From contig JASGJN010000026.1 of assembly GCA_049840735.1 (NCBI GenBank), forward strand, positions 256,001 through 320,000: DNA of 64,000 bases, in the 5' to 3' direction. This DNA is from Anaeromyxobacter sp. (GTDB lineage Bacteria > Myxococcota > Myxococcia > Myxococcales > Anaeromyxobacteraceae). The notes beneath the pieces were generated by a model. The model saw nothing but the letters and a program-made list of their open reading frames with translations, did no database searches and was not told the DNA's origin. Position numbers and translations under genes: made by a program. Positions 54,012 to 64,000 of this stretch are shown in pieces (within the stretch, counting starts at the first letter, position 1; every line of letters starts with the position of its first letter).

Positions 54012-54017
54012 AGCGGT

Positions 54018-55940
<1,923 letters not shown>

Positions 55941-56049
55941 CCGGGGATCCCTAGCAGAAACCCTGCGGCGAAGCACGCCAGGGGTGCCTCCTGAGCGGCT
56001 CCCTCGAAGTGGCTCGAGCAGTCTGCGCAGCAGGCGGGGAGAAACGCCC

Positions 56050-57729
56050 CTACCCGCGAGCGCGGCGCAGCAGGCCGCGCACGCCGCCGGGCGTGCCCGC
56101 CAGCGCGAGCGCCAGGTAGACCACGCCGAACACCGCCACGATGGGCAGCGCGGCGAGGACGGGGTGCAGCCGCGGCGGCGGGAGGAAGCCGCCGCCCCAC
56201 TCGCCGGCCAGGCCGGGCATCTCCCCGCGCCAGCGCACCAGCGCCGCCTTCACCGCCAGTGCGGCAGCGCTGGCGGCCGCCGCCGAGGCCCAGAGCCGGA
56301 CCATGCGCCGGCCCGGCACGCCGGTGGGCCCGATGCGCCGCCCCAGCGCCCGCCGCAGCAGCGCGTACTCCACCCAGGCCGCCAGGCCGGTGGTGGCGGT
56401 GATGCCCACCAGCCCGACCTCCTGCGGCACCCCCAGCTGCGCCGGCATGCGGACCGCCGACCACCAGGCCAGGCCGGCGGTGAGCGCCAGCCGCGTCACC
56501 GCGAACCAGAGCGGGGTGCGGGTGTCCTTGAGCGCGTAGAAGGCCGAGGCGTAGAGCCGCCCCTTGGCCGCCGCCACAAGCCCCACCGCCGAGCCCATCA
56601 GCACCAGCCACAGGTAGCGGGTGTCGGCCGGCGACTGCCGCCCGGTCTGGAAGAGCGCGCCCGCCAGCACGTCGCCGATGGCCAGGAAGGCGGCCGCGGA
56701 GGGGACCACGAAGAGCGCCAGGCGCGAGAGGCCGGCGTCGAGGCGCCGGCGCAGCGCCTCGGCCACCGCCTCCGGCGTGCCGGTGGCGGCGCTCATGGCC
56801 GGCAGCTCGCTGGCGGAGATGGCCATGCCGAAGAGGCTGATGGGCAGGAGGTAGAGCACCTGCTGGTACCCGAGGATGGCCAGGCCGCGGGTCCCGACGT
56901 AGGAGGCGTAGATGGTGTCCACGAACGCCGAGAGCTGCACCACGCCGCGGCCGACCAGGGCCGGGCCGAAGTTGCGCAGCACGGTCCGCACCGAGGCGCG
57001 GGCCACCGAGAGCGTGGGGCGGAACCGGCCCAGCAGCGCGAAGACGCTGGGCAGCTGCACGCCCACCTGCAGCACCGCCCCGGCCACGTAGCCCCAGGCC
57101 ACCCACAGCCCCAGCCGCTCCTCCTCCAGCCGGCCGCCCAGCGCCACCAGCACCGCGATGACGGCCAGGTTGTTCACCACGGGTGCGGCATAGGAGAGGA
57201 AGAAGCGGCGGTGGCTGTTGAGGACCCCCAGGCACCAGGCCGAGAGCACCAGCGTGGCGGTGGAGGGGAAGAGGATGCGGACCAGCTGCACCGCCAGCGC
57301 CCGCTCCTGGCCGGAGAGGCCGGGGGTGATGGCGTCCACCAGCCAGGGCGCGCCCAGGATGCCGGCCACCACCAGCACCGCGGTGACCGCCGAGAGCAGC
57401 CCGGCCACCGCGCCGGCCACGCGGTCGGCCTCCTCCTCCTCGCCGCGCGCCAGCAGGTTGGCGTAGACCGGGATGAAGGAGGAGCTGAGGATCCCCTCGC
57501 CCAGCATGTTCTGGAGCAGGTTGGGGATGCGCAGCGCGGCGGAGAAGACGCCGGCCACCACGCCGCTGCCCAGCGCGTGGGCGAAGACCCGCTGGCGGAC
57601 CAGCCCCAAGAGCCGCGAGAGCAGGATGCCGGCGGCCACCAGGAAGGCGTGGCGGCTGCCGTGGTCGCGCGGGCGCGCCGGGCCGGCCGGCGTGGCGGCG
57701 GGGGAGGAGGGGGAGGGGGACGTGGTCAC
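56050..57729 (-). CDS. murJ: lipid II flippase MurJ (MviN)
   Basis: [52 protein letters not shown]; start approximate. Confidence 0.93.
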   Translation of the reverse strand: MTTSPSPSSPAATPAGPARPRDHGSRHAFLVAAGILLSRLLGLVRQRVFAHALGSGVVAGVFSAALRIPNLLQNMLGEGILSSSFIPVYANLLARGEEEEADRVAGAVAGLLSAVTAVLVVAGILGAPWLVDAITPGLSGQERALAVQLVRILFPSTATLVLSAWCLGVLNSHRRFFLSYAAPVVNNLAVIAVLVALGGRLEEERLGLWVAWGYVAGAVLQVGVQLPSVFALLGRFRPTLSVARASVRTVLRNFGPALVGRGVVQLSAFVDTIYASYVGTRGLAILGYQQVLYLLPISLFGMAISASELPAMSAATGTPEAVAEALRRRLDAGLSRLALFVVPSAAAFLAIGDVLAGALFQTGRQSPADTRYLWLVLMGSAVGLVAAAKGRLYASAFYALKDTRTPLWFAVTRLALTAGLAWWSAVRMPAQLGVPQEVGLVGITATTGLAAWVEYALLRRALGRRIGPTGVPGRRMVRLWASAAAASAAALAVKAALVRWRGEMPGLAGEWGGGFLPPPRLHPVLAALPIVAVFGVVYLALALAGTPGGVRGLLRRARG

Positions 57730-58161
57730 TGGAGGAGGATCACCCGCCGGCACGAGCGGCTTGGTGGCACGGATCGGCCCCTCGCGGCAAGAGCAACCCG
57801 GGGCGAGCCCCGGATCTTCCCGGCGCGCGGGCGGTCGCCCGGCGGGCCGCGCGCGCCCGCCGTGGCCGAGGTGCCTCACGCCTCCGCCTGCGGGCGCCGG
57901 CCAGGAGCGGCCCTGGATCCGGCGAGCGCCCTCCCAGTGAAGTCGCGGAGCCGATCGCCGGGCCTCGCGCGCCGGGTGACCGAGGCCGCGCGGTCCGACC
58001 CCGGATCGATGGACACGGCCGCGGGGTGGCGCCGCTCCTGCGCCGCGGCTCCAGGGCGCCGCGATCGAGTTCGCACGGACCCAGGGTGGATGCACCCCCG
58101 GCGCTCGGCCCTGGGTGCAGGTCGCGGCGGGCGGCACAGCCGGTGCACTGGCCGATGCTCC

Positions 58162-60690
58162 ATGAGCCTCGGCCTTCGCACCTCGACGCAGATCGGCCTC
58201 AGCCTGGCGCTGCCGTGCCTGCTCCTCCTGGGCGTCGCCGGGTACGGGTATGCCAACCTGCGCAAGCTGATCGTCCACGCGCGCGAGGTGAGCCGCACCG
58301 AGGAGGCCATCGCGCTGGGCGACCGGCTGGTGGCCACGGTGGTGGACCAGGAGACCGGGATGCGCGGGTACTTCGTGACCGGCGCGGAGGAGTACCTGGA
58401 GCCCTACGACCGCGGGAAGGAGGCCTTCGCGACGGCGCTGGCCGACGCCCGCGCGCACGTGGAGGGGGACCCGGAGCAGCTCGAGCGGCTGGACGCGATC
58501 GAGGGCCTGGCGAAGGACTTCGACCAGCAGATGGCGGCGCCGGCCATCGCCGGTGAGCGCAAGGCGCACGCGCAGGGCAAGACCACCGATCCGTTCGAGC
58601 GCGTGCTGCAGGCCGGGACCGGCAAGCGGATCATGGACGGGCTGCGCGCCCGGGTGAAGGCCTTCCGCGAGGCGGAGGAGGCGCGCCTGGCGGCGCGGCG
58701 CGAGGTGGCCGAGCGGCTGGTGCAGCGCGCGGCGCGCGAGGCCGCGGCGGTGGCGCTGGCGGCGGTGCTGCTCTCGGCGCTGGCCACCATGGCGCTGGCC
58801 CGCCGGGTGGGGCGCACCGTGCGCCGCCTGGACGGCGAGGCCCGCCGCCTGACCGCGGCGGTGGAGGCCGGGCAGCTGGAGGTCCGGGCCGAGCCCGGGC
58901 TGGTGCCGGCCGAGTTCGCCGGCGTGCTGGGCGGGATGAACCGGACCATGGACGCCTACGTGCGCCCGCTGGCGGTCACCACCGACTACGCCTCGCGCCT
59001 GGCCGCGGGCGACCTGCCGCCGCCCATCGCGGAGCGGTTCGAGGGCGACTTCGAGCGGCTGCGCGAGAGCATCAACCGGCTGGTGGAGATCGAGCACGCC
59101 CGCGCCGCCGACCTGGAGGGGCTGGTGGCCGCGGCGCTGGAGGGGCGGCTCGACCACCGCGCCGACCCGGCGCGCTACGCCGGCGAGCACGCCAAGGTGA
59201 TCGACGGCGTGAACCGCGTGCTGGACGCGCTGGTGGCGCCGGTGCAGGCCGCGGCCGAGGCGGTGGCCCGCATCGCCCGGGGCGAGATCCCGGCGCCCAT
59301 CGCGGCCGGCTACCGCGGCGAGTTCGGCGTGCTGGAGCGGAACGTCAACACCTGCATCGCCTCGGTGGGCCGGCTGGTGCGGGACGCCGACGCGCTGGCC
59401 GCGGCGGCGGTGCGGGGCGAGCTCTCGGCTCGCGCCGACGCGTCCGCGCACGCCGGCGACTTCCGCCGCATCGTGGACGGCTTCAACGCCACCCTGGACG
59501 CGGTGCTGGGGCCGGTGGAGCGCGCCGCCGCCCACGTGGCCTCCCTGGCGGCCGGCGGGATCCCGCCGCCGCTGGGCGCGGGCGAGGGCTGGCCAGGGGA
59601 CTTCGCCCGGCTGCGGGCCAGCCTGGACGGCTGCGCCGAGGCGGTGCGCCGGCTGGTGGCCGACACCGACGGCCTGGTGGGCGCGGCCCTAGCCGGCCAG
59701 CTCGCCACCCGCGCCGACGCCGCCGCGCACGCCGGCGACTTCCGCCGCATCGTGGAGGGCGTGAACCGCACGCTGGACGCGCTGCTGGCGCCGGTGGGCG
59801 AGGCCACCCGCGCGCTGGAGGCGCTGGCGCGGCGCGACCTGCGGGCCCGCGTGGCCGGCGAGCTGCCCGGCGATCACGCGCGCATGAAGCGGGTGGTGAA
59901 CGCCACCGCCGAGGCGCTGCACGAGGCGCTGGTGCAGGTGGCGGGCGCGGCCGAGCAGGTCTCGGGGGCCGCGGCGCAGATCTCCGGCTCCTCGCAGGCG
60001 GTGGCCGCGGGCGCCTCGCAGCAGGCCTCGGCGCTGGAGCGGACCACCCGGTCGATCGCCGAGGTGGCCGGGAGCGCGCGCGGCGCGGCCGCCGAGGCGG
60101 CCCGGGCCCACGCGCTGGTGGGGACGGCGCAGGCCGCCGCCGGGCAGGGCGCGGCCGCGGCGGCGGGGCTGGGCGAGGTCATGACCCGCATCCGCGCCTC
60201 GGCCGAGGGGACCAGCGCCATCATCCGGGACGTCTCGGACATCGCCTTCCAGACCAACCTGCTGGCGCTCAACGCCGCCGTGGAGGCGGCGCGGGCCGGC
60301 GAGGCCGGCCGCGGCTTCGCGGTGGTGGCCGAGGAGGTCCGCTCGCTGGCCCTGCGCGCCAAGGAGGCCGCCTCCCGCACCGAGGCGCTGATCCGCCAGT
60401 CGGTGAAGCAGGCCGGGGAGGGCGAGGCCGCGGCGCGGCTGGTGGCCGGCAAGCTGGCCGAGATCGGCCAGGGCGTGGCCAGCGCGGCCGAGGTGGTGGG
60501 CGGGATCGCCAGCTCGGCGCGCCAGCAGGCGGCCGGGATCGCCCAGGTGGACGCCGCCACCGCCGACGTGGACCGCGTCACCCAGCAGAACGCGGCCAGC
60601 GCGCAGGAGTCCTCCTCGGCCGCGGCCGAGCTCTCGCAGCAGGCCGAGCGGCTGGCCGCGCTCATCGCGACCTTCGAGCTGGAGCGCTAG
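58162..60690 (+). CDS. methyl-accepting chemotaxis protein (CHASE3 sensor, multiple HAMP-like repeats)
   Basis: [10 protein letters not shown]...LEPY; repeated G.F..I..G.N..LD units; [30 protein letters not shown]. Confidence 0.95.
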   Translation: MSLGLRTSTQIGLSLALPCLLLLGVAGYGYANLRKLIVHAREVSRTEEAIALGDRLVATVVDQETGMRGYFVTGAEEYLEPYDRGKEAFATALADARAHVEGDPEQLERLDAIEGLAKDFDQQMAAPAIAGERKAHAQGKTTDPFERVLQAGTGKRIMDGLRARVKAFREAEEARLAARREVAERLVQRAAREAAAVALAAVLLSALATMALARRVGRTVRRLDGEARRLTAAVEAGQLEVRAEPGLVPAEFAGVLGGMNRTMDAYVRPLAVTTDYASRLAAGDLPPPIAERFEGDFERLRESINRLVEIEHARAADLEGLVAAALEGRLDHRADPARYAGEHAKVIDGVNRVLDALVAPVQAAAEAVARIARGEIPAPIAAGYRGEFGVLERNVNTCIASVGRLVRDADALAAAAVRGELSARADASAHAGDFRRIVDGFNATLDAVLGPVERAAAHVASLAAGGIPPPLGAGEGWPGDFARLRASLDGCAEAVRRLVADTDGLVGAALAGQLATRADAAAHAGDFRRIVEGVNRTLDALLAPVGEATRALEALARRDLRARVAGELPGDHARMKRVVNATAEALHEALVQVAGAAEQVSGAAAQISGSSQAVAAGASQQASALERTTRSIAEVAGSARGAAAEAARAHALVGTAQAAAGQGAAAAAGLGEVMTRIRASAEGTSAIIRDVSDIAFQTNLLALNAAVEAARAGEAGRGFAVVAEEVRSLALRAKEAASRTEALIRQSVKQAGEGEAAARLVAGKLAEIGQGVASAAEVVGGIASSARQQAAGIAQVDAATADVDRVTQQNAASAQESSSAAAELSQQAERLAALIATFELER

Positions 60691-60742
60691 CGCGCCCCTC
60701 CCGGGCCACGCGCGCGGCGCGCCGCGCGGGCAGACTCGGGGG

Positions 60743-61696
60743 ATGCGCGCCATCGTGCTGTCCCGCTTCGGCGGCCCCGAGGTCCTCGAGCTGCAGGAGC
60801 TCCCCACCCCCGCGCCCGGCCCGGGCGACCTGCTGGTCCGCGTCCACGCCTCCGGCACCAACCCGGTGGACGCCAAGATCCGCGCCGCCGGCGGCTGGGC
60901 CGGGCTGCCCCTGCCCTGCGTGATCGGCTACGACGCCAGCGGCGTGGTGGAGGCGGTGGGACTGGGGGTGAAGGACTTCAAGCCCGGCGACGAGGTCTTC
61001 TACACGCCGGAGATCTTCGGCAATCCGAACGGCACCTACGCCGAGCTGGCGCTGGTCCCGGCCGCCATCGCCGGGAGGAAGCCGGCCCGCCTCTCCCACG
61101 CGCAGGCCGCGGCCATCCCGCTGGCCGGCGGCACCGCCTACGAGGCGCTGGTGCGCCGGCTGCGCGTCCGGGTGGGCGAGACGGTGCTCGTCCTGGGCGG
61201 CGCCGGCGGGGTGGGCACCTTCGCCATCCAGATCGCCAAGGCCGCCGGGGCCCGTGTCATCGCCACCGCCGGCCCGGAGAACCAGGAGACGCTGCGGGCG
61301 CTGGGCGCCGACGTCTGCCTCGACTACCGCAAGGACGACGTGGTCAAGGCGGCGCTGGCCGAGACCCGCGGGCAGGGCGCCGACGCCACCTTCTCCACCG
61401 TGGGCGGGCCGGGGCTGATGCAGGCCTTCGGGGCCACCCGCCCGTTCGGCCGGGTGGCCACCATCCTGGGCGCGCAAGGGGACGTGACGCCGCTCTACCT
61501 GCGCAACCAGGAGCTGCACGGCGTCTTCCTCCACCGCGAGGGGGCCCGCCTGCGCGAGCTGGCGGCGCTGGTGGAGCAGGGGAAGCTGGAGCCGGTGGTC
61601 GACGCCGTGCTGCCGCTGGAGCGCGCGCCCGAGGCCCACCGCCGGCTCGACACCGGCCACGGGCGCGGCAAGGTCGTGCTGCAGCTGGTCGAGTAG
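60743..61696 (+). CDS. MDR-superfamily NAD(P)H:quinone oxidoreductase-like protein
   Basis: GGPEVL, NPVDAK, GYDASG, GGAGGVG, GKVVL. Confidence 0.92.
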   Translation: MRAIVLSRFGGPEVLELQELPTPAPGPGDLLVRVHASGTNPVDAKIRAAGGWAGLPLPCVIGYDASGVVEAVGLGVKDFKPGDEVFYTPEIFGNPNGTYAELALVPAAIAGRKPARLSHAQAAAIPLAGGTAYEALVRRLRVRVGETVLVLGGAGGVGTFAIQIAKAAGARVIATAGPENQETLRALGADVCLDYRKDDVVKAALAETRGQGADATFSTVGGPGLMQAFGATRPFGRVATILGAQGDVTPLYLRNQELHGVFLHREGARLRELAALVEQGKLEPVVDAVLPLERAPEAHRRLDTGHGRGKVVLQLVE

Positions 61697-61765
61697 TCGC
61701 TCGCCCCAGCTCCGCTCGTGGTCGGGCCCGTCGAACCGGGAGCCGGTGCACGGCGCCGCGTGGCA

Positions 61766-61893
61766 GGATGGCGGCGGAAGCCCGGACCCGTTCGGCCTGA
61801 GCGTAGCCGCCGGAGGCGGCGGATGGGATGGCGGCGGAAGCCCGGACCCGTTCGGCCTGAGCGTAGCCGCCGGAGGCGGCGGAGTCGAAGGCC
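61766..61893 (+). repeat. 60-bp tandem duplication containing REP-like copies
   Basis: Partial copy at 61788 and full copy at 61848 with duplicated upstream flank. Confidence 0.85.
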
Positions 61894-61907
61894 AGGGAGT
61901 CGACCAC

Positions 61908-62636
61908 GTGCCCCAGGAGCGCTGGAAGGCCGCCATCTTCACGCCGCTGCAGGTCGCGGCCACGCTGCTGCTCTTCGCGGAGGTCATCCTGGTGCTGGGC
62001 CTGGCGGCCGCGCCGGGCGTGGCGGCGGTCGAGTGGGCCGCCGGCCGCTTCCCCTCGCCCGGGCCGGCGCGGGCGGTGGCGCTGGGCGTGGCCGGGGCGG
62101 CCGGCTACTTCGCCTTCGGGCTGGTCCAGCTCTTCCTCCTGCCCCTGCTGCGCTGGCTCACCTTCGCGGTGGGCACGCCGGTGGGGCGCTTCCCGTACCT
62201 CTCGTTCGGCGCCTGGCGCTGGGCCAGCTACAACGCGCTCACGCTGGTGTTCCGCTTCAGCTTCGTGAACTGGGTCCGGGTCACGCCGCTCCTGCCGCTC
62301 TTCCACCGGCTCATGGGCGCGCGCATTGGCCGGCGGGTGCAGATCAACACCGCCGTGGTGGCCGACCAGAACCTGCTGGAGATCGGCGACGACTCGGTGA
62401 TCGGCGGGGACGTGACGCTGGTCTGCCACTCGGCCGAGCGCGGCCGGCTGGTCACCGCGCCGGTCCGGATCGGCCGCAACGTGACGGTGGGGCTGATGGC
62501 GGTGATCCTGCCCGGCTGCGAGATCGGCGACGGGGCGGTGATCGCGGCCGGGGCGGTCCTCTCCAAGCACGCCCGGGTCGGCCCGGGCGAGACCTGGGCC
62601 GGCGTCCCGGCGCGGCGGGTGGGGCGGCGGGAGTGA
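61908..62636 (+). CDS. membrane protein with hexapeptide-repeat acyltransferase-like domain
   Basis: N-terminal TM helices; LMGARIG, IGDDSVIG, VRIGRNVTVG, WAGVPAR; start approximate. Confidence 0.8.
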   Translation: MPQERWKAAIFTPLQVAATLLLFAEVILVLGLAAAPGVAAVEWAAGRFPSPGPARAVALGVAGAAGYFAFGLVQLFLLPLLRWLTFAVGTPVGRFPYLSFGAWRWASYNALTLVFRFSFVNWVRVTPLLPLFHRLMGARIGRRVQINTAVVADQNLLEIGDDSVIGGDVTLVCHSAERGRLVTAPVRIGRNVTVGLMAVILPGCEIGDGAVIAAGAVLSKHARVGPGETWAGVPARRVGRRE

Positions 62637-62658
62637 GCGCTCCCGTCGCCGGCTCCGC

Positions 62659-63237
62659 TCAGCCGTCGCAGCTCAGCGACGGGTTCCACTGGGCGAACAT
62701 GCCCGACGGGTTGGGCGCCCAGATCCAGACGTGCTGGTCGTAGTGCCAGGGCATCATCGGGTTGTGCCCGGCCATGGGGCCGTTGAAGGGGAAGCCCGGG
62801 AACAGCGTCGGCGCGGGCGGCGGGTCGGCCGGCGGGCAGCTGTTGTCGTTCGCGCCGCAGCCCCAGTACGGCCCCTGCGCGGTGACGATGGGCTGGACGT
62901 ACTCGACGGCCACCAGCTTGAGGCCGCCCTCCCAGGGAACGTACAGCAGCACCTCCGGCTGCAGCGGGTCCAGCGCCAGGTCGAGGCGGGACGGGTTCAC
63001 GTAGTGGATGCCCATCACGCCGGCGGGCGACTGCTCGCAGTCGCTGGCGGGCACGTAGCCGTCCGCCAGCGCGGCGGCCACGTCGTGGTAGCGCGCCGTC
63101 ACCCGGCGCACCTGCGCGAGCTGCGCGTTCAACCCCGCCGACAGGGCGGCGGCGTCCGGCGCCTGCCCGGCCTCCGTCCCGCCGCACCCGATGCACACGC
63201 CCGCCGCCAGCGCCGCGAGCAGCCTCGCACGACCCAT
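62659..63237 (-). CDS. exported/lipoprotein hypothetical protein
   Basis: Signal peptide with Cys; MGIHYVN, PEVLLY, LVAVEY, HVWIW..NP.GMF..WNP...C. Confidence 0.75.
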   Translation of the reverse strand: MGRARLLAALAAGVCIGCGGTEAGQAPDAAALSAGLNAQLAQVRRVTARYHDVAAALADGYVPASDCEQSPAGVMGIHYVNPSRLDLALDPLQPEVLLYVPWEGGLKLVAVEYVQPIVTAQGPYWGCGANDNSCPPADPPPAPTLFPGFPFNGPMAGHNPMMPWHYDQHVWIWAPNPSGMFAQWNPSLSCDG

Positions 63238-63422
63238 GGTCCACCTCCGGGAAAGTGGGTGATGGAGTCATCACCGGCGCAGCTGCGAGCCAGTCCCCGG
63301 AGCGCGCAAGCATCCGCTTTCCGGGCGCGCAGGCGGGTGCAGCGGCCGCCCCGCCCCGCGCGTGTGGCGACGGCGCGCGATCGCGGTTGCCCAGCCTCGC
63401 CGAAAGTGGAACCGTCCGTTCC

Positions 63423-64000
63423 ATGGCCCACGCCCACACCCGCTCCGCGTACGACCGGCTCACCGAGCGGCTCAACCGCTTCCCGCAGGGCGCGCCGCCC
63501 TCGCGCCACCTCTTCGAGATCCTGAAGATGCTCTTCAGCGAGCGCGAGGCGGAGCTGGTCTCGGTGCTGCCCATCAAGCCGTTCCGGGCCGAGAAGGCGG
63601 CGCAGATCTGGAAGACCAGCCTGGACGAGGCGCGCCAGGTGCTGGACGCGCTGGCCTCGCGGGCCCTGCTGGTGGACGTGCAGACGCCGGAGGGGATGGA
63701 GTACGTGCTCCCGCCGCCCATGGCCGGCTTCTTCGAGTTCTCGATGATGCGGGTCCGCCAGGACATCGACCAGAAGGCGCTGGCCGAGCTCTTCTACCAG
63801 TACCTGAACGTGGAGGAGGACTTCGTCCGCGCCCTCTTCGCCGGCGGCACCACGCAGCTGGGGCGCACCTTCGTCTCCGAGCCGGCGCTCTCGGAGGACA
63901 ACGCGCTGTACGTGCTGGACTACGAGCGGGCCAGCGAGGTGGTGAAGACCGCCAGCGTGCGCGGCGTGAGCATGTGCTACTGCCGCCACAAGATGGAGCA
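63423..64000 (+). CDS. Fe-S cluster-binding (4Fe-4S dicluster family) protein, 5' part
   Basis: Manual translation: RLNRFPQGAP, PPPMAGFFEF, VLDYERA, CYCRHK; the frame is open to the window end. Confidence 0.8.
   Translation, partial: MAHAHTRSAYDRLTERLNRFPQGAPPSRHLFEILKMLFSEREAELVSVLPIKPFRAEKAAQIWKTSLDEARQVLDALASRALLVDVQTPEGMEYVLPPPMAGFFEFSMMRVRQDIDQKALAELFYQYLNVEEDFVRALFAGGTTQLGRTFVSEPALSEDNALYVLDYERASEVVKTASVRGVSMCYCRHKME

Overview
Very GC-rich (about 75% by eye) bacterial chromosome segment, most likely Myxococcota and Anaeromyxobacter-like. The basis is a MYXO-CTERM-like tail, an ELWxxDGT protein, a poly-HAMP chemoreceptor and the overall gene content. All assignments come from motif recognition; no searches were run. 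Main blocks: gap; a narC-narGHJI-narK nitrate reductase operon divergent from a 3-Cys Rrf2 regulator; a 9-gene aromatic superoperon (aroH-aroF-tyrA-aroA-aroE-aroC-aroK-aroB-aroQ); a lipoprotein-DUF1800-DUF1501 unit next to a beta-barrel; murJ; and signalling genes. The best candidate for an undescribed system is an alpha-glucan locus (38.7-47.3 kb). It holds a maltodextrin-binding protein, a GH13 enzyme, a secreted tandem CBM21-like protein with no catalytic domain, and a lipoprotein subtilase. The subtilase ends in two amylase-type modules, one closely resembling the C-terminal propeptide of Pseudoalteromonas haloplanktis alpha-amylase. About 23 copies of a covarying REP-like palindrome are scattered through the window, some translated inside protein N-termini. 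About ten apparent single-base frameshifts are present. Six sit in or beside GATC, which suggests methylation-linked long-read errors rather than pseudogenes. No rRNA, tRNA, CRISPR or transposase was recognised.
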